Positions 62,660 through 64,000 of a stretch of DNA of 64,000 nucleotides are shown here, piece by piece. Each line of letters begins with the position of its first letter. Position 1 is the stretch's first letter. The stretch lies in NCBI RefSeq assembly GCF_024521635.1, contig NW_026250403.1, positions 2,356,001 to 2,420,000 on the forward strand, given 5' to 3'. Source of the DNA: Tricharina praecox (Eukaryota). The translations under genes and the position numbers were made by a program. Below the pieces are notes generated by a model, which saw only the letters and a program-made list of their open reading frames with translations, was not told the origin of the DNA and ran no database searches.

Positions 62660-64000
62660 ATGGCTGCAGTTTCGGAAACCTCTCTTACGGGCCATCCGGT
62701 CTTTCCAGATACCTCTTCGCCATCGAGGATTCTACGCCTTGAGGCTGCAAGCAGTGAGTGCTACTGAATTCTGAATATTATGCGCGGGGTTGCTGAATAT
62801 ACTGGTAAGATGACTGGACCGATGTGGCGATTGCGCCAAAAGACTCGGCCTTGCGGGACAGATTCACGGGCGAAGAAGTGAACCACATGGGTGCTTCGAA
62901 CATTTCTGTTACCTCCGAGTCCGATTTGAAGGTTGACGATGCAACTGTCGACGAAGCGTCCACCTCAGAAGCGCCCACCGTCGATGCCTCAACATCCACT
63001 GCTAGTCAAGCCATAACGATGGAGACCCCTTCGGATGGGGCCTACCCCATTCGTGGCGAGCAAATTCCTGCTCCTCAGCGTGTTGACAATTTGAATCCGG
63101 TGGCGGCTTCTTTTACTCCGAAGCGCAAAATGCCACAGATTTGGCAGACCCAGTGTCGCTGGACGGTACCCCCAGATGACAACGGCAGAGGAGTTGACAA
63201 TTGTCGGTATGGTCGGAGATGTAACTTCGGACATCTTGGCGAGGAGTACTATGAATACCCAGGGCTCAAGCAGTCGTTCACCAATGGAATGAATACGACC
63301 CTCAGTGCGAGAATCTATGGCCATAATTCAACTGCCATGTTCAATCCACGTCCTTACCACGTTAATAGTCGACCTTTACAAGCAAGTTCAGCCAATATTG
63401 CTAGGGGACCTACAGGATACTATGGAGTGCCGCAGTACTATCCGAGTCCCCCAATCACGACCTATCAGCAGTATCCCACTGCCGGGCCCTCTTATCGCGA
63501 TGTACAGCCCGGCATTCAGCAGTACCCGGTCCCGAACTTCATACCCTTCACTACACAGCCTGGAGGCAACCAGTATCCCTCCCAGTATCCCACTCCGAAC
63601 ATGGTCTGTCACAATGCCCAGTCCACAGGTCTCCAGTATCCCGTCCCGAATGGTCTGCGCCCGGATACACCATCGGAAGGCGTGAACGGCGGGCAGGATG
63701 CCCAGAACACCTCGCCGGTAGCACCGTCGGAAGGCGTGAGCGGTGGACAAGATGCCCAGAACACCTCGCCGGTAGCATCAAAAACGACTGTTCCCGAAGC
63801 AGTGGAAGATTGGTCGGGCCCATTGATTGTACACTCGCCCACTCCTCGCCGTCCCCTCGGTCCAGCCGTGAGATCTCCTGCGCGTGTAAAGGCACTCGCC
63901 GATATGCGCAGAAAAAAGAATGGAAGCGATGACAGTCAATCCACTTCCTCTGGGGTTACTAAGAGCCCTCCAGAGTCATCCGGGGAGACGACCGACGAGA
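62660..64000 (+). CDS. PAM2-motif + CCCH zinc finger protein with Q/Y/P-rich region (partial, runs off window)
   Basis: Open frame from 62809 to the window end; LNPVAASFTP (63091-63120); C-x15-C-x5-C-x3-H (63154-63234); 54-bp in-frame tandem repeat (~63668-63777). Start is either 62660 via intron 62754-62809 or ATG 62887. Confidence 0.75.

Overview
Gene-dense genomic DNA of a filamentous ascomycete (short GT-AG introns with CTRAY branch points; a Pezizomycetes-like origin is only an inference). No CRISPR array, rRNA or recognisable intact transposon is present. Supported genes, in order: a multi-intron MFS sugar/inositol transporter, a TM9SF/EMP70 protein, a Cir_N/LENG1-like protein, a large hybrid histidine kinase (split GAF-PAS-PAS-HisKA-HATPase-pseudoREC-REC), a single-pass pepsin-fold pseudoprotease with an inserted Kre9/Knh1-like Ig domain, a Cys-rich orphan, an SDR, RPN6, a frameshifted BTB gene, RPL27, a ~2,240-aa coiled-coil protein, a COG7-like protein, a PARP-E2 (UBC) fusion, a degenerating zinc-finger/tandem-DUF3431-like gene that the ORF track shows only in fragments, and a PAM2+CCCH protein running off the window end. 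Three intron-containing tRNA-Tyr(GTA) genes with identical mature sequences lie within 25 kb. The best leads, all hypotheses, are two possible recoding routes that would give the soluble histidine kinase membrane anchors (an in-frame intron encoding a hydrophobic helix, and a TGA-CTA readthrough context adding an amphipathic tail), the neighbouring receptor-like pseudoprotease, and a long-range stem in RPL27 intron 1. All domain calls come from motif recognition by eye, not from database searches.
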